Of a stretch of DNA of 33,143 nt, positions 1-10,100 are shown one piece after another. Within the stretch, counting starts at the first letter, position 1, and each line of letters begins with the position of its first letter. Below the pieces are notes generated by a model that did not search any database, was not told where the DNA came from, and saw only the letters and a program-made list of their open reading frames with translations. This stretch comes from Deltaproteobacteria bacterium (GTDB taxonomy: Bacteria > Myxococcota_A > Polyangia > Polyangiales > Houyiibacteriaceae). The position numbers were made by a program, and so were the translations under genes. The DNA lies in the NCBI GenBank assembly GCA_034670305.1, contig JAXMNT010000072.1, positions 1-33,143 of the forward strand, read 5' to 3'.

Positions 1-45
1 CGCGATGCTCGTCGCGCTGATCAAGCGATCTGACCGCTGATCCGC

Positions 46-82
46 GGGCAAGGGCAAAGGCAAGGGCAGGGGCAAGGGGCAG
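46..82. repeat. Short degenerate GGGCAA/GGGCAG hexamer repeat
   Basis: gggcaagggcaaaggcaagggcaggggcaaggggcagg; similar units occur near 16497-16548. Confidence 0.6.
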
Positions 83-124
83 GCTGCGAGAACGCCCTGC
101 GGGCGTTCTTCAGCAACCTGCTAG
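79..124. repeat. Imperfect inverted repeat, REP/MITE-like, ending in CTAG
   Basis: GCAGGCTGCGAGAACGCCC-TGC-GGGCGTTCTTCAGCAACCTGC-TAG; the reverse complement of 102-124 matches 18004-18026 at 19/23 positions. Confidence 0.55.
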
Positions 125-179
125 ACGAAGCGCCCGCTTCCACGGTTGCACTGGACGCCCATCCGAAGGAAGAGGAAGC

Positions 180-899
180 ATGAAGTTGTTCGTGGCAGGT
201 GCGACGGGGCTGACGGGACGACACGTCGTGGCCGCGCTTCGCGAGGAGGCGCCCGACGCCGACGTGATCGCGCATGTGAGGCCGGACTCGTCTCGGCTCG
301 ATCACTGGCAGACGCACTTCGAAGCGCTGGGGGCTTCGGTCGACGTCACCCCCTGGTCGCCCCCGTCGATGAACGAGACGATGCAGACACTGCAGCCGAC
401 CCATGTGTTCGCGCTGCTCGGCACCACCAAGAAGCGGGGCCGGGAAGCGAAGGCATCGGGCAGCGAGGAGACCTACGAGACGATCGACTACGGGCTCTCG
501 AAGATGGCGCTCGACGCCGCCGTGCACGCGGGCTCGAATCCGAGGTTCCTCTACCTCTCCTCGATGGGTGTGGGTCCGGGCGCCTCCGGTGCCTACCTGA
601 AAGTGCGCCACCGGCTCGAGACCGAAGTGCGTGCGTCGGGGTTGCCGTGGGTCATCGCGCGGCCGTCGTTCATCATCGGCGAACGCGACCAAGATCGTCC
701 GATGGAGCATGTGGGCAGTGTGCTGGGCGACGGAGCGCTGGCGCTCGTCGGGGTGTTCGGCGGCAAGAAGATCCGCGAGAAGTACCGCTCGCAGACCGGT
801 GCGGAACTCGGGCGCGCGCTCGCACGCTTGGCGCTCGATCCCGCCGCGACCGAGTTGCTCGCGGAGAGCGACGAGTTGCGGTCGAGGGCGAAGTCGTGA
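180..899 (+). CDS. NAD(P)-binding Rossmann-fold protein (atypical SDR family)
   Basis: N-terminal MKLFVAGATGLTG glycine-rich motif, LGTT, IDYG, YLSSMG, YLKVR (degenerate YxxxK) and ARPS; GAGG upstream of ATG. Confidence 0.85.
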   Translation: MKLFVAGATGLTGRHVVAALREEAPDADVIAHVRPDSSRLDHWQTHFEALGASVDVTPWSPPSMNETMQTLQPTHVFALLGTTKKRGREAKASGSEETYETIDYGLSKMALDAAVHAGSNPRFLYLSSMGVGPGASGAYLKVRHRLETEVRASGLPWVIARPSFIIGERDQDRPMEHVGSVLGDGALALVGVFGGKKIREKYRSQTGAELGRALARLALDPAATELLAESDELRSRAKS

Positions 900-1447
900 G
901 GGTGCGTTCGGTCGAGGGTCTGGCGGCACGAAGCGAAGCGGGCGATCTGTTCTCGTACGTCTTCTTCTGGGGCCACAAGAAGAACGCCGAAGGTCTCGTC
1001 ACCAAGTCGTGTCTCAGCAACTGGTGGCCCGCACAGTTCGAGCTCGAGGGCGAACGCTGGAGCACGACCGAGCAGTACATGATGTTCGCCAAAGCGCGGC
1101 TCTTCGGGGACGAAGCGCGCATGGCGGCCATTCGGGGCGCAACCGATCCCAAGGACGTCAAGTCACTCGGTCGGGCGGTCCGACCGTACGGCGACCTCAG
1201 CTGGGCGGCGCATCGGTACGGCGCGGTGGTCCGAGCGAACCACGCGAAGTTCGAGCAACACCCGGACCTTCGAGCGTTCCTGCACGGCACGGGCGACGCG
1301 GTGTTGGTCGAGGCCAGTCCGATGGACAAGGTCTGGGGCATCGGGCTCGCGGAGGGCCACGCGGACGCGAAGGACCCGAGCCGTTGGCAGGGCGCCAACC
1401 TGCTCGGGTTCGCGCTCATGGACGTGCGGGACGCGCTCGCGGACTGA
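896..1447 (+). CDS. NADAR family protein (YbiA/RibX-like N-glycosidase)
   Basis: FFWGH, LSNWW, EQYMMFAKARLFGD, AKFEQ, LVEASPMDKVWGIG and GANLLGFALM motifs; GTG start overlaps the upstream TGA (GTGA at 896-899). The real gene is the 3' part of ORF 146..1447. Confidence 0.9.
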   Translation: MRVRSVEGLAARSEAGDLFSYVFFWGHKKNAEGLVTKSCLSNWWPAQFELEGERWSTTEQYMMFAKARLFGDEARMAAIRGATDPKDVKSLGRAVRPYGDLSWAAHRYGAVVRANHAKFEQHPDLRAFLHGTGDAVLVEASPMDKVWGIGLAEGHADAKDPSRWQGANLLGFALMDVRDALAD

Positions 1448-1495
1448 ACACGTGGTGCGACTTGACCGGCGCGGGTGGGGGCGACAACGTCCGGC

Positions 1496-3016
1496 ATGAC
1501 CCAGCCGCTCTTCGAGAAGGTCCTCGTCGCGAACCGTGGAGAGATCGCGTGCCGCATCATGCGGACGCTGCGCGAGATGGGCATTCGATCGGTGGCGGTG
1601 TACTCCGAAGCCGACCGCGACGCGCTCCACGTCCGCATGGCGGACGAAGCGGTGTCCGTCGGACCGGCCGCGTCGGCGCAGAGTTACCTGGTCGAGAAAC
1701 ACATCCTCGAAGCGTGCAAGGAGACGGGCGCCCAAGCCGTGCACCCGGGCTATGGCTTCCTGAGCGAGAGCGCGTCGTTCGTGCGTGCGTGCGAATCGGC
1801 CGGCATCGTCTTCATCGGTCCCGATGCGTCGGCGATGGAAGCGATGGGCAGCAAGACCGCCGCGCGCGCGAAGATGATCGCCGCCGATGTGCCCGTGGTG
1901 CCGGGCGCCGAAGCCGGAGATGCCAAGGCGCTCGCCGCCTCCGCGAAGGAACTCGGCTACCCGGTGATGCTCAAGGCGTCGGCCGGCGGCGGCGGCAAAG
2001 GCATGCGGCTCGTGACGCGTCCCGAGGACCTCGAAGAAGCCTTCGAGCGCGCGCGCAGCGAAGCGAAGAATGCGTTCGGCGACGACACGGTCTACGTCGA
2101 GAAGGCGATCCTCCAGCCGCGCCACATCGAGATCCAGGTGCTCGCGGACAGTCACGGGAACTGCGTGCATCTCTTCGAACGCGATTGTTCGATCCAGCGC
2201 CGACATCAGAAGGTCGTCGAGGAGTCGCCCTCGCCCTCCCCGCTTGCCGACGCCGACCTCGTCGCCCGCATGGGCGAGGTCGCGGTGCAAGCCGCCCGCG
2301 CGGTGGACTACCGCGGCGCAGGGACAATCGAGTTCCTCCTCGGTGCCGACGGTTCGTTCTACTTCCTGGAGATGAACACACGGCTGCAGGTCGAACACCC
2401 GATCACCGAACTCGTCACCGGCTTCGATCTCGTCCGCGAGCAAGTCCGGGTCGCCGCTGGGCAGGAGCTCGGGTTCGGACAAGACGACGTCACGCGGCGC
2501 GGCCACGCGATCGAGTGCCGCATCTACGCGGAGGATCCGGCGACCGGCTTCTTGCCGAGCCCGGGACGCATCGAAGTGTTGCGGGTCCCAGGTGGACCCG
2601 GCGTGCGCGACGACTCGGGCGTGTACGAAGGCGCCGAGATCTCGAGCCACTACGACCCGCTCGTCAGCAAGCTCTGCGTGTGGGCACCGACGCGGGAGTT
2701 GGCGGTACAGCGCATGCGGCGCGCGCTCACCGAGTACGTGGCGCTCGGCATCAAGACGAACCTGCCGTTCCATCTTCGATTGATGGAACACCCTGAGTTC
2801 GTCAGCGGCGCGTACGACACCGGGTTCATCGGTCGACACGAAGACGCGCTGCTGCGGGGCGAAGGCTCCGGAGAACACCGGAAGACACTGGCCGTGGCGG
2901 CAGCCGTCGTTCAGTCGCTGCGCGACCAGGCGGCGGTGAAGCGCGCGCGCGGCTCGAATGGTTCGAGCAGCAACGCTCCGTCCGCGTGGCGACTCGGCAC
3001 CCTCGCCCGCATGTAG
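1496..3016 (+). CDS. accC: Acetyl/propionyl-CoA carboxylase biotin carboxylase subunit (no fused biotin carrier domain)
   Basis: KVLVANRGEIA, HPGYGFLSE, GGGGKGMR, ERDCSIQRRHQK, FLEMNTRLQVEHP and GPGVRDDSG; ATG at 1496 preferred over GTG at 1475. Substrate class is uncertain. Confidence 0.9.
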   Translation: MTQPLFEKVLVANRGEIACRIMRTLREMGIRSVAVYSEADRDALHVRMADEAVSVGPAASAQSYLVEKHILEACKETGAQAVHPGYGFLSESASFVRACESAGIVFIGPDASAMEAMGSKTAARAKMIAADVPVVPGAEAGDAKALAASAKELGYPVMLKASAGGGGKGMRLVTRPEDLEEAFERARSEAKNAFGDDTVYVEKAILQPRHIEIQVLADSHGNCVHLFERDCSIQRRHQKVVEESPSPSPLADADLVARMGEVAVQAARAVDYRGAGTIEFLLGADGSFYFLEMNTRLQVEHPITELVTGFDLVREQVRVAAGQELGFGQDDVTRRGHAIECRIYAEDPATGFLPSPGRIEVLRVPGGPGVRDDSGVYEGAEISSHYDPLVSKLCVWAPTRELAVQRMRRALTEYVALGIKTNLPFHLRLMEHPEFVSGAYDTGFIGRHEDALLRGEGSGEHRKTLAVAAAVVQSLRDQAAVKRARGSNGSSSNAPSAWRLGTLARM

Positions 3017-3034
3017 GATTCGGGCCTCGGCGCT

Positions 3035-3472
3035 CTAGCGCCGGGCGAGTTGCTCGGGCAGCGGTCGCAGGGCACCGCGCACTGCGGCTCGAAGCACGGA
3101 GTCGGTGAGCTGTTCGACGCGGACCCCTCGGCCAGCGGCGCGACCGCGCAGCATCAAGCGGACGTTGCCGCCGCGCCGCTCAGACAACAGCAACGAGACT
3201 TCGCACTCGATGCGGTTGCGATCCCCGTCGCGCACGACGTCGAGTCGGGTGACCGATCCGTGCAGCACGTAGCGTGCGCTCGCATGCGACGTGACGCGCA
3301 CGTTGCCAAGCACCGACAGCTCGTCGTTGAGTGCCGTGTTCAAATCGGAATCGTTCGCGTCGGCGATCGCCAACGCGGTCCCGCGCTGTGCACCAGCGAC
3401 GTGGATGGAACCCACGACCCCGACCAACACCACCACGCCCACGGCGGTCCACGATTGAGTGGAACGTTTCAT
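3035..3472 (-). CDS. Hypothetical exported protein
   Basis: GAGGAGG Shine-Dalgarno upstream; signal-peptide-like N-terminus (VGVVVLVGVV...AGA); globular alpha/beta-looking body. Confidence 0.7.
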   Translation of the reverse strand: MKRSTQSWTAVGVVVLVGVVGSIHVAGAQRGTALAIADANDSDLNTALNDELSVLGNVRVTSHASARYVLHGSVTRLDVVRDGDRNRIECEVSLLLSERRGGNVRLMLRGRAAGRGVRVEQLTDSVLRAAVRGALRPLPEQLARR

Positions 3473-3582
3473 CGTCTTGCCTCCTCGTGGGTACCAAACT
3501 TCGCCCGCTCAGCACCCACCTCAGGGGTATCTGGTTGGGCCCGGAACGGTCAAAAAAGGCGGCGGTTGCTTATTGAAGTCGA

Positions 3583-3951
3583 TCGGCTTCGGCGTCGGCG
3601 TCGACGTCGGCGTCGGCGTCGGTGTCGGACGCGTCGGCGTCGGCGTCGGGCGTCGGCGTCGGCGTCGGATTCGGGTCGGATTCGGCGTCGGCTTCGGCGT
3701 CGGCGTCGGTGTCGGCGTCGGTGTCGGCTTCGGATTCGGCTTCGGCGTCGGCTTCGGCCTCGGCTTCGGCTTCGGCGTCGGCTTCGGCCTCGGATTCGGC
3801 GTCGGCCTCGGCGTCGGATTCGGATTCGGCTTCGGCTCCGGCTTCCGCTTCGGCTTCGGCTTCCGCTTCCGCTTCCGCTTCCGCTTCCGCGTCCGCTTCC
3901 GCTTCCGCTTCCGCTTCCGCTTCCGCTTCCGCTTCCGCTTCCGCGTCCGCG
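3583..3951. repeat. Period-6 tract 1: (TCGG-NN)n followed by (TCCGCT)n
   Basis: ggcttc/ggcgtc/ggattc/ggcctc units up to about 3860, then a near-pure cgcttc run; ends 10 bp from the RCC1 gene stop. Confidence 0.95.
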
Positions 3952-3960
3952 CCTAGCGCA

Positions 3961-5082
3961 TCACCACGGCAAGGGCTGCGGGGTCTCGATCATCGAGGCG
4001 TTGGAACCGACGCCGGTGGCGCCGTTCTGGTTGCGGCCCCAACACGACCAACGTCCCGTGGTGTGGCGGACGCATTGGGCGAACCAGCCGAGGGCGACTT
4101 CGGTCGCGTCCGACACGCCGGGCACCGCGCTCGGATGGATGACGATCAGACCGGCCTCCGTGGTGGGCACGTGCAGTTGGTGCATGCGGTTGACGCCCCA
4201 GCAGTACACTCGGCCGCCCGCCACCGCGCATTGGTTCTCGGAACGCACGCTGATGGACTGGACGTCGCTCAACTCCGGCAGGGTCATGGGGGTGGAGTAG
4301 AAAGACGCGACGCCCTCTTCGGCGCCGTAGAGGTTCTGTCCCCAACACTGCATCTGGCCACCGGTGGTGCGCGCACAGGACTGGCCGTCTCCAAGACTGA
4401 TCTCCGCGATGTCCCCGATGCCGCGCACCCGGGTGGGGGGCGCGCGCCGGGTGCGTCGCCGCGTGCCGGACTGTCCGTGCGCGCTGGCGCCCCAGCACTT
4501 GAGCTGGCCGCGGCGGACGAGGGCACACGCATGGTACGCGCCCGACCAGAGCTGCGTGGCGTTGGCGATGCCGCGGATCGGTCCGGGCGTTGCGCGGTTC
4601 TCGACCGACTCGGGCGCGCGCAAGACGCCCTGAGAGTTGCTGCCCCAGCACGAGACGCGTCCGGTCTCGAGGCGCACGCAGACGTGGAACGCACCGACGG
4701 CGAGTTGGGCGACATTCGAGACTCCTGGGACGGCCATCGCTTGGACCCGGTCGTCGCCCTCGACGCCGAGTTGCCCGTGGTCGTTGTCGCCCCAGCACCA
4801 CACGCTGCCGTCTTCGCGGCGCGCGCAGGCGAACCCATAACCGACGCCCATCTCTTGAACGGCGTCGAGACCGGTGACGGGGCGCGGCGTGCGGGCGTCC
4901 GGTCCTTCGCTTCCGCACTGACCGGAGCCGTTGCGGCCCCAGCAGCGCACGGTGCCATCTTCGGCCAGTCCACATCCGAATCCAGAGCCGAGCGATACGT
5001 GCGTCGGTCCCTGAGCCATGGCTTGGGATACCGACGTTCCGAACACCACGATCGCCAGCCCGGCGACGGCCACGGCCCTCAT
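3961..5082 (-). CDS. Secreted RCC1/BLIP-II repeat beta-propeller protein
   Basis: Signal peptide plus seven repeats of C-x(5-6)-G-x-V-x-CWG-x-N-x-x-GQ (CWGRN, CWGDN, CWGSN, CWGAS, CWGQN, CWGVN, CWGRN); ATGA overlap with the upstream gene. Confidence 0.9.
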   Translation of the reverse strand: MRAVAVAGLAIVVFGTSVSQAMAQGPTHVSLGSGFGCGLAEDGTVRCWGRNGSGQCGSEGPDARTPRPVTGLDAVQEMGVGYGFACARREDGSVWCWGDNDHGQLGVEGDDRVQAMAVPGVSNVAQLAVGAFHVCVRLETGRVSCWGSNSQGVLRAPESVENRATPGPIRGIANATQLWSGAYHACALVRRGQLKCWGASAHGQSGTRRRTRRAPPTRVRGIGDIAEISLGDGQSCARTTGGQMQCWGQNLYGAEEGVASFYSTPMTLPELSDVQSISVRSENQCAVAGGRVYCWGVNRMHQLHVPTTEAGLIVIHPSAVPGVSDATEVALGWFAQCVRHTTGRWSCWGRNQNGATGVGSNASMIETPQPLPW

Positions 5083-6542
5083 CGAAGCAAGGTCGTGATT
5101 CGGATGGCGGGCGGAACGCTTGGCGTGGACCGAAGCCCATCGGGCAGGGACGCTGCGCCATCGGTTCGAAGCAGGATGCAGCCCGCACCACCACCACCGC
5201 CGCCGCCGTTGCCGGACTCGGCCGCGTTGGTCCCACCCGGTGCGCCACGCAACATCGTGGAGCCGCCGCTGTCGCCGCCCGCCGCGGAGAGACGTCCGTT
5301 GTCCTCTCCGCCCGATGCGCGGCCTTCGGTCTCCGCGCCGTTGCCGCCGTCGCCGCCGTTGCCGGAATCGCCCGCCCCGGCGCCACCGCCGCCGCCCGCG
5401 ACGTTCAAGAACGCACTGTCCATGGTCAGGCTGGGTGCTTCGATCAGGATCGAACCGCCGGCGCCGCCGCCGCCGCCGGAACCCCAGTTGATGTCGCCGC
5501 TCAGAGCGCGTTGCCCACCCTGTCCGCCGCCGCCACCGGCGAGGATGGCGCCGCTGATCTCAATGCGTCGCACCGCGGAGATCTGGAGCGCGCCGCCGCC
5601 CGCTCCGCCTGGACCCGGCGTGTAGACCGCCGAAAGCTGAGTGCCGTTTCCGCGTCCACCCCCGCTCCCGCCGACGAGGGGTCGGAGGTCGCCGTCGGCC
5701 AAGTGTGCGTCGCCGCCGCCGCCCGCCGCAGCCGATCCTCCACGACCACCGGGTCCGCCGCCGCCGCACGCGCCGGCACCGCCGCCGCCGCCGTCCGCAT
5801 AGGTGTCGACATGCTGGCCGCCGCCACCGCCCCCGTCGCCGCCGCCGTCTCCGTCGCGCCCTTCAAGCCCTCCGCGGAAACCGGCGGGACCTGGTTCGGT
5901 GGCGTACGCGGAGACGTCGATCACGCCGTCGATCCGGGCTTCGTTGCCGACCATGACGATGAGCGGCAGGTCTCCGTCGACCCGCAGCCGTCCGCTCTCT
6001 TCGATGATCAGTCGGTCCACCGAGACCACGCATGCGCGCCCGCCATCCTCCATCGGCGTGATCAACGCTGCGCCGCCGCCCGGTGGGGCCGGGCAGGTGG
6101 TCGTCACGTAGAGCTGGCTGTCGCGCACCCGGAACTCGCCGCGGTCGGGCTGCCAAAAGGACGCGGCGACGTTGGAGGGGCGGTACCCCTCGATGGGCGG
6201 CATGTCGTTGCACGTGGCCGGTGGCGTCGGGTCGCAGCCGAACTCGCAGGGTTCACGCACGAGCATCGGATCGCAGTAGAGCAACGTGGACCCGTCGCAG
6301 GTCGGCGGGATGGGGCAAGGATCGCCCGGTCCGGTGTCCACGCCAGGGCCGACATCGACACCGGGTCCCACATCCACGCCCGGGGCATCGATGCCCGGGG
6401 CGTCGGCGCCCGGACCAGCGTCGACGCCGCCCCCGCCGCCGAGTTGATTCGAGTCCGGGTCGATCAGCGCGCTGCAGCCGAGGCCCAGAAGAAGGACGCC
6501 GGTCGCTGTCGCGGCCGGGAACTGGAAGTGAAAGAAGCCCAC
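5079..6542 (-). CDS. Glycine-rich lipoprotein
   Basis: GTG start at 6542 gives a lipobox (LLLGLG-C), a DAG/DVG linker, a Cys-rich module and repeated GGGGAGG..I.I.A glycine-rich blocks. The upstream part of ORF 5079..7676 is the antisense shadow of gpmI. Confidence 0.8.
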   Translation of the reverse strand: MGFFHFQFPAATATGVLLLGLGCSALIDPDSNQLGGGGGVDAGPGADAPGIDAPGVDVGPGVDVGPGVDTGPGDPCPIPPTCDGSTLLYCDPMLVREPCEFGCDPTPPATCNDMPPIEGYRPSNVAASFWQPDRGEFRVRDSQLYVTTTCPAPPGGGAALITPMEDGGRACVVSVDRLIIEESGRLRVDGDLPLIVMVGNEARIDGVIDVSAYATEPGPAGFRGGLEGRDGDGGGDGGGGGGQHVDTYADGGGGGAGACGGGGPGGRGGSAAAGGGGDAHLADGDLRPLVGGSGGGRGNGTQLSAVYTPGPGGAGGGALQISAVRRIEISGAILAGGGGGQGGQRALSGDINWGSGGGGGAGGSILIEAPSLTMDSAFLNVAGGGGGAGAGDSGNGGDGGNGAETEGRASGGEDNGRLSAAGGDSGGSTMLRGAPGGTNAAESGNGGGGGGGAGCILLRTDGAASLPDGLRSTPSVPPAIRITTLLR

Positions 6543-6674
6543 GCGACCATGGTACCAGGAACCCACCGCCCAGCACGCCCCGGCCCACACTGCCGTTCTC
6601 GGCCAACCCCATGCACGTGGGGCCCGGATCCGGTTCGGCTCGAAGGAACCAGACGGGCGCGGTAGGTTCGGGTC

Positions 6675-8307
<1,633 letters not shown>

Positions 8308-8321
<14 letters not shown>

Positions 8322-9057
8322 TGCGCAGACCGTAGGTGCCGAGATCGGCGTTGTCGAAACCGCTCGGGACCACCGTGATCGACGCGCCGGGCGCCACCGG
8401 CACCGAGTCGACGAGCGAGCCGTTGCCAGTGTTGCCGTCGTCGTCTCCGTCGAGGCACATGAGTTCGTCGGCGGGGATCATCGCCCCGGCGTAGATCACG
8501 AGGTACGGATCGCTCAGCGTGTAGCTGCCCGGTTCGCCGGAGCCGTCGAGCGCGATCTCGAAGTTGCCCGCCGCGCCCATGTTGCAGAGCACGAAGGTGT
8601 CGTACCCAGCGGCGGTCCCCACCGAAGAACGGCCGGAGGCGGGGCAACTCGTCGCCAGAGGTCGCTCCCACGTCGGGTCGGATCCGTCGAGGGTGCCGGT
8701 CAGCATCAGCGTGCCGGACGTGGGCAACGGCGTACAGCCGCCAGGCGGGGGGCCTGCGTCGGTGCCGATCGCGGCGTCGCTGCCTGCGTCGGTCCCTGCG
8801 TCGGTCCCTGCGTCGGTCCCTGCGTCGGTCCCTGCGTCGGTGCTGGGAACGAACGCGTCGGGCGCGAACATGGCATCCATGGGCGTGAACCCATCTGCGG
8901 GCGCGGCGTCGAGGGCTGGCGCGTCGACGCCCGGACCACTGTCCTGCACGGGGGCATCCGGTCTCGGCCCGGAGTCGGTGGAGCCGGCTCGACGGGGGGT
9001 CGGCTCACATGCGCCTACACCACACACCAGAGAAACTGCGATCAACGAGCGAAGCAT
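8308..9057 (-). CDS. Lipoprotein with TDAG-repeat linker and C-terminal PPC-like beta-sandwich domain
   Basis: Lipobox VGA-C; (TDAG)x5; C-terminal DPYLVIY...DDDG...G.S...G.Y.L pattern resembling pre-peptidase C-terminal domains; 3' end overlaps gpmI by 14 bp. Confidence 0.75.
8783..8841. repeat. 12-bp coding tandem repeat CCTGCGTCGGTC, five copies
   Basis: Directly visible; encodes TDAG on the minus strand. Confidence 0.9.
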
Positions 9058-9229
9058 CGGGCGACGCTAGCCCGGATCCGCGATCGCTCAACTCCGTCGG
9101 CTCGACGGAGGTTCAACCCAGGAGGGTCAGAGCCACCATCGGAGGATGTGCGCCCACCAGGGCGCGGGCTTTTTGGGGGGCGACCAGGGTCGCGGCTCGG
9201 TGGTGGAGGGGGTGGTGTGCATGGGGGCT

Positions 9230-9252
9230 CGTGTTTCGAACGTGTTTCGAAC
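9230..9252. promoter_or_regulatory. Tandem 11-bp direct repeat CGTGTTTCGAA x2, candidate operator
   Basis: Exact repeat at 9230-9240 and 9241-9251, in the AT-richer divergent intergenic region between the lipoprotein and ECF sigma genes. Confidence 0.4.
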
Positions 9253-9410
9253 AGGTATCAAATGGACGTCCACCCACAGAATGCCATTCACTTCCGAGGT
9301 GTACAAGAATTTCACAATCGGCGGCGACCCGCCCGTCCGTTGAAATCATTGAGATTTCCCGTTTCAGCACCCGACGCCCGTGAGAAATCCTCTTTCCACC
9401 GAAAACTATC

Positions 9411-9437
9411 TGAACCCGCAGTTGGGCCTGTTGCGTT
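9411..9437 (+). promoter_or_regulatory. Candidate ECF-type autoregulatory promoter (TGAACC-N17-CGTT)
   Basis: AAC-containing -35 and CGT-containing -10 elements typical of ECF promoters, ending 15 bp upstream of the ECF sigma ATG. Confidence 0.45.
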
Positions 9438-9452
9438 CTCTTCTGTGAACCC

Positions 9453-10100
9453 ATGACGCACCCTCTGCCCGTGCTCGAGGCAGATCCACAGACGCCGCTT
9501 GCGCCGGTGGATCCATCTCTCGGCACCGACGCGTTGCGCTCGATCCTCGAGCAACACCGCGCTGGTGATGCGCAGGCGTTCGCGAAACTCGTGACCCAAC
9601 TCTCCCGACCCATCTACGGCTACCTCGCACGCACCGGCATTCCGGCGGCGGAGCGGGACGACCTCTTTCAGGAGGTCTTCCTCAAGGTCCACCGTGCACC
9701 GAACCCGCCCCAAGGACCGGTGCGGGCGTGGGTGCTTCGAATCACCGTCAACACGGTCCGCGACTACTTCCGGCGGACGAAGGTCCGATCGATCGTCCAG
9801 CCGCAGCCCTCGGCCACCCCCGCGCCAGAAACGACCGCCCAGGCAACCGACCCGGCCGCGGACGAAACGGTCCGCGCCAAAGAGACGGCCGCGTTTCTCG
9901 AACGCCAGATCCGGGCGCTGCCGTTGGTGCAGCGCGAAGCCCTCGTCCTGGCGGCGATTCAGGGGCTGGGGGTGCACGGAGCGGCAGCGGTGATCGACGA
10001 ACCGGTGGAGACCATCAAGACGCGGCTGCGACGGGCCCGCGCCCAGCTCGCCATGGCGATGAAGCGGCGCGAACTCGCCGCACCCAAGGAGTCCGCATGA
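9453..10100 (+). CDS. ECF RNA polymerase sigma factor
   Basis: Region 2 (DDLFQEVFLKV...AWVLRITVNTVRDYFRR) and region 4 (LPLVQREALVL...VETIKTRLRRAR). Confidence 0.92.
   Translation: MTHPLPVLEADPQTPLAPVDPSLGTDALRSILEQHRAGDAQAFAKLVTQLSRPIYGYLARTGIPAAERDDLFQEVFLKVHRAPNPPQGPVRAWVLRITVNTVRDYFRRTKVRSIVQPQPSATPAPETTAQATDPAADETVRAKETAAFLERQIRALPLVQREALVLAAIQGLGVHGAAAVIDEPVETIKTRLRRARAQLAMAMKRRELAAPKESA

Noticed and set aside
146-895. N-terminal extension of the NADAR ORF (146..1447)
   Set aside because: It overlaps the real gene 180..899 in another frame and is Arg-rich shadow sequence; the GTGA-coupled start at 896 is more plausible.
3551-3566. Minus-strand terminator at the A6 run
   Set aside because: No convincing stem adjacent to the T-run.
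3622-5625. 667-aa SA-repeat (adhesin-like) ORF on the + strand
   Set aside because: It is tract 1 read-through fused to the antisense of the RCC1 gene, with no signal peptide or SD.
9150-9175. Intrinsic terminator (GCGCCC-ACCA-GGGCGC ... TTTTT)
   Set aside because: The U-tract is separated from the stem and no + strand gene ends just upstream.
9230-9252. LexA/SOS box
   Set aside because: It contains CGAAC, but the spacing and right half do not fit GAAC-N4-GTTC or CTGT-N8-ACAG.
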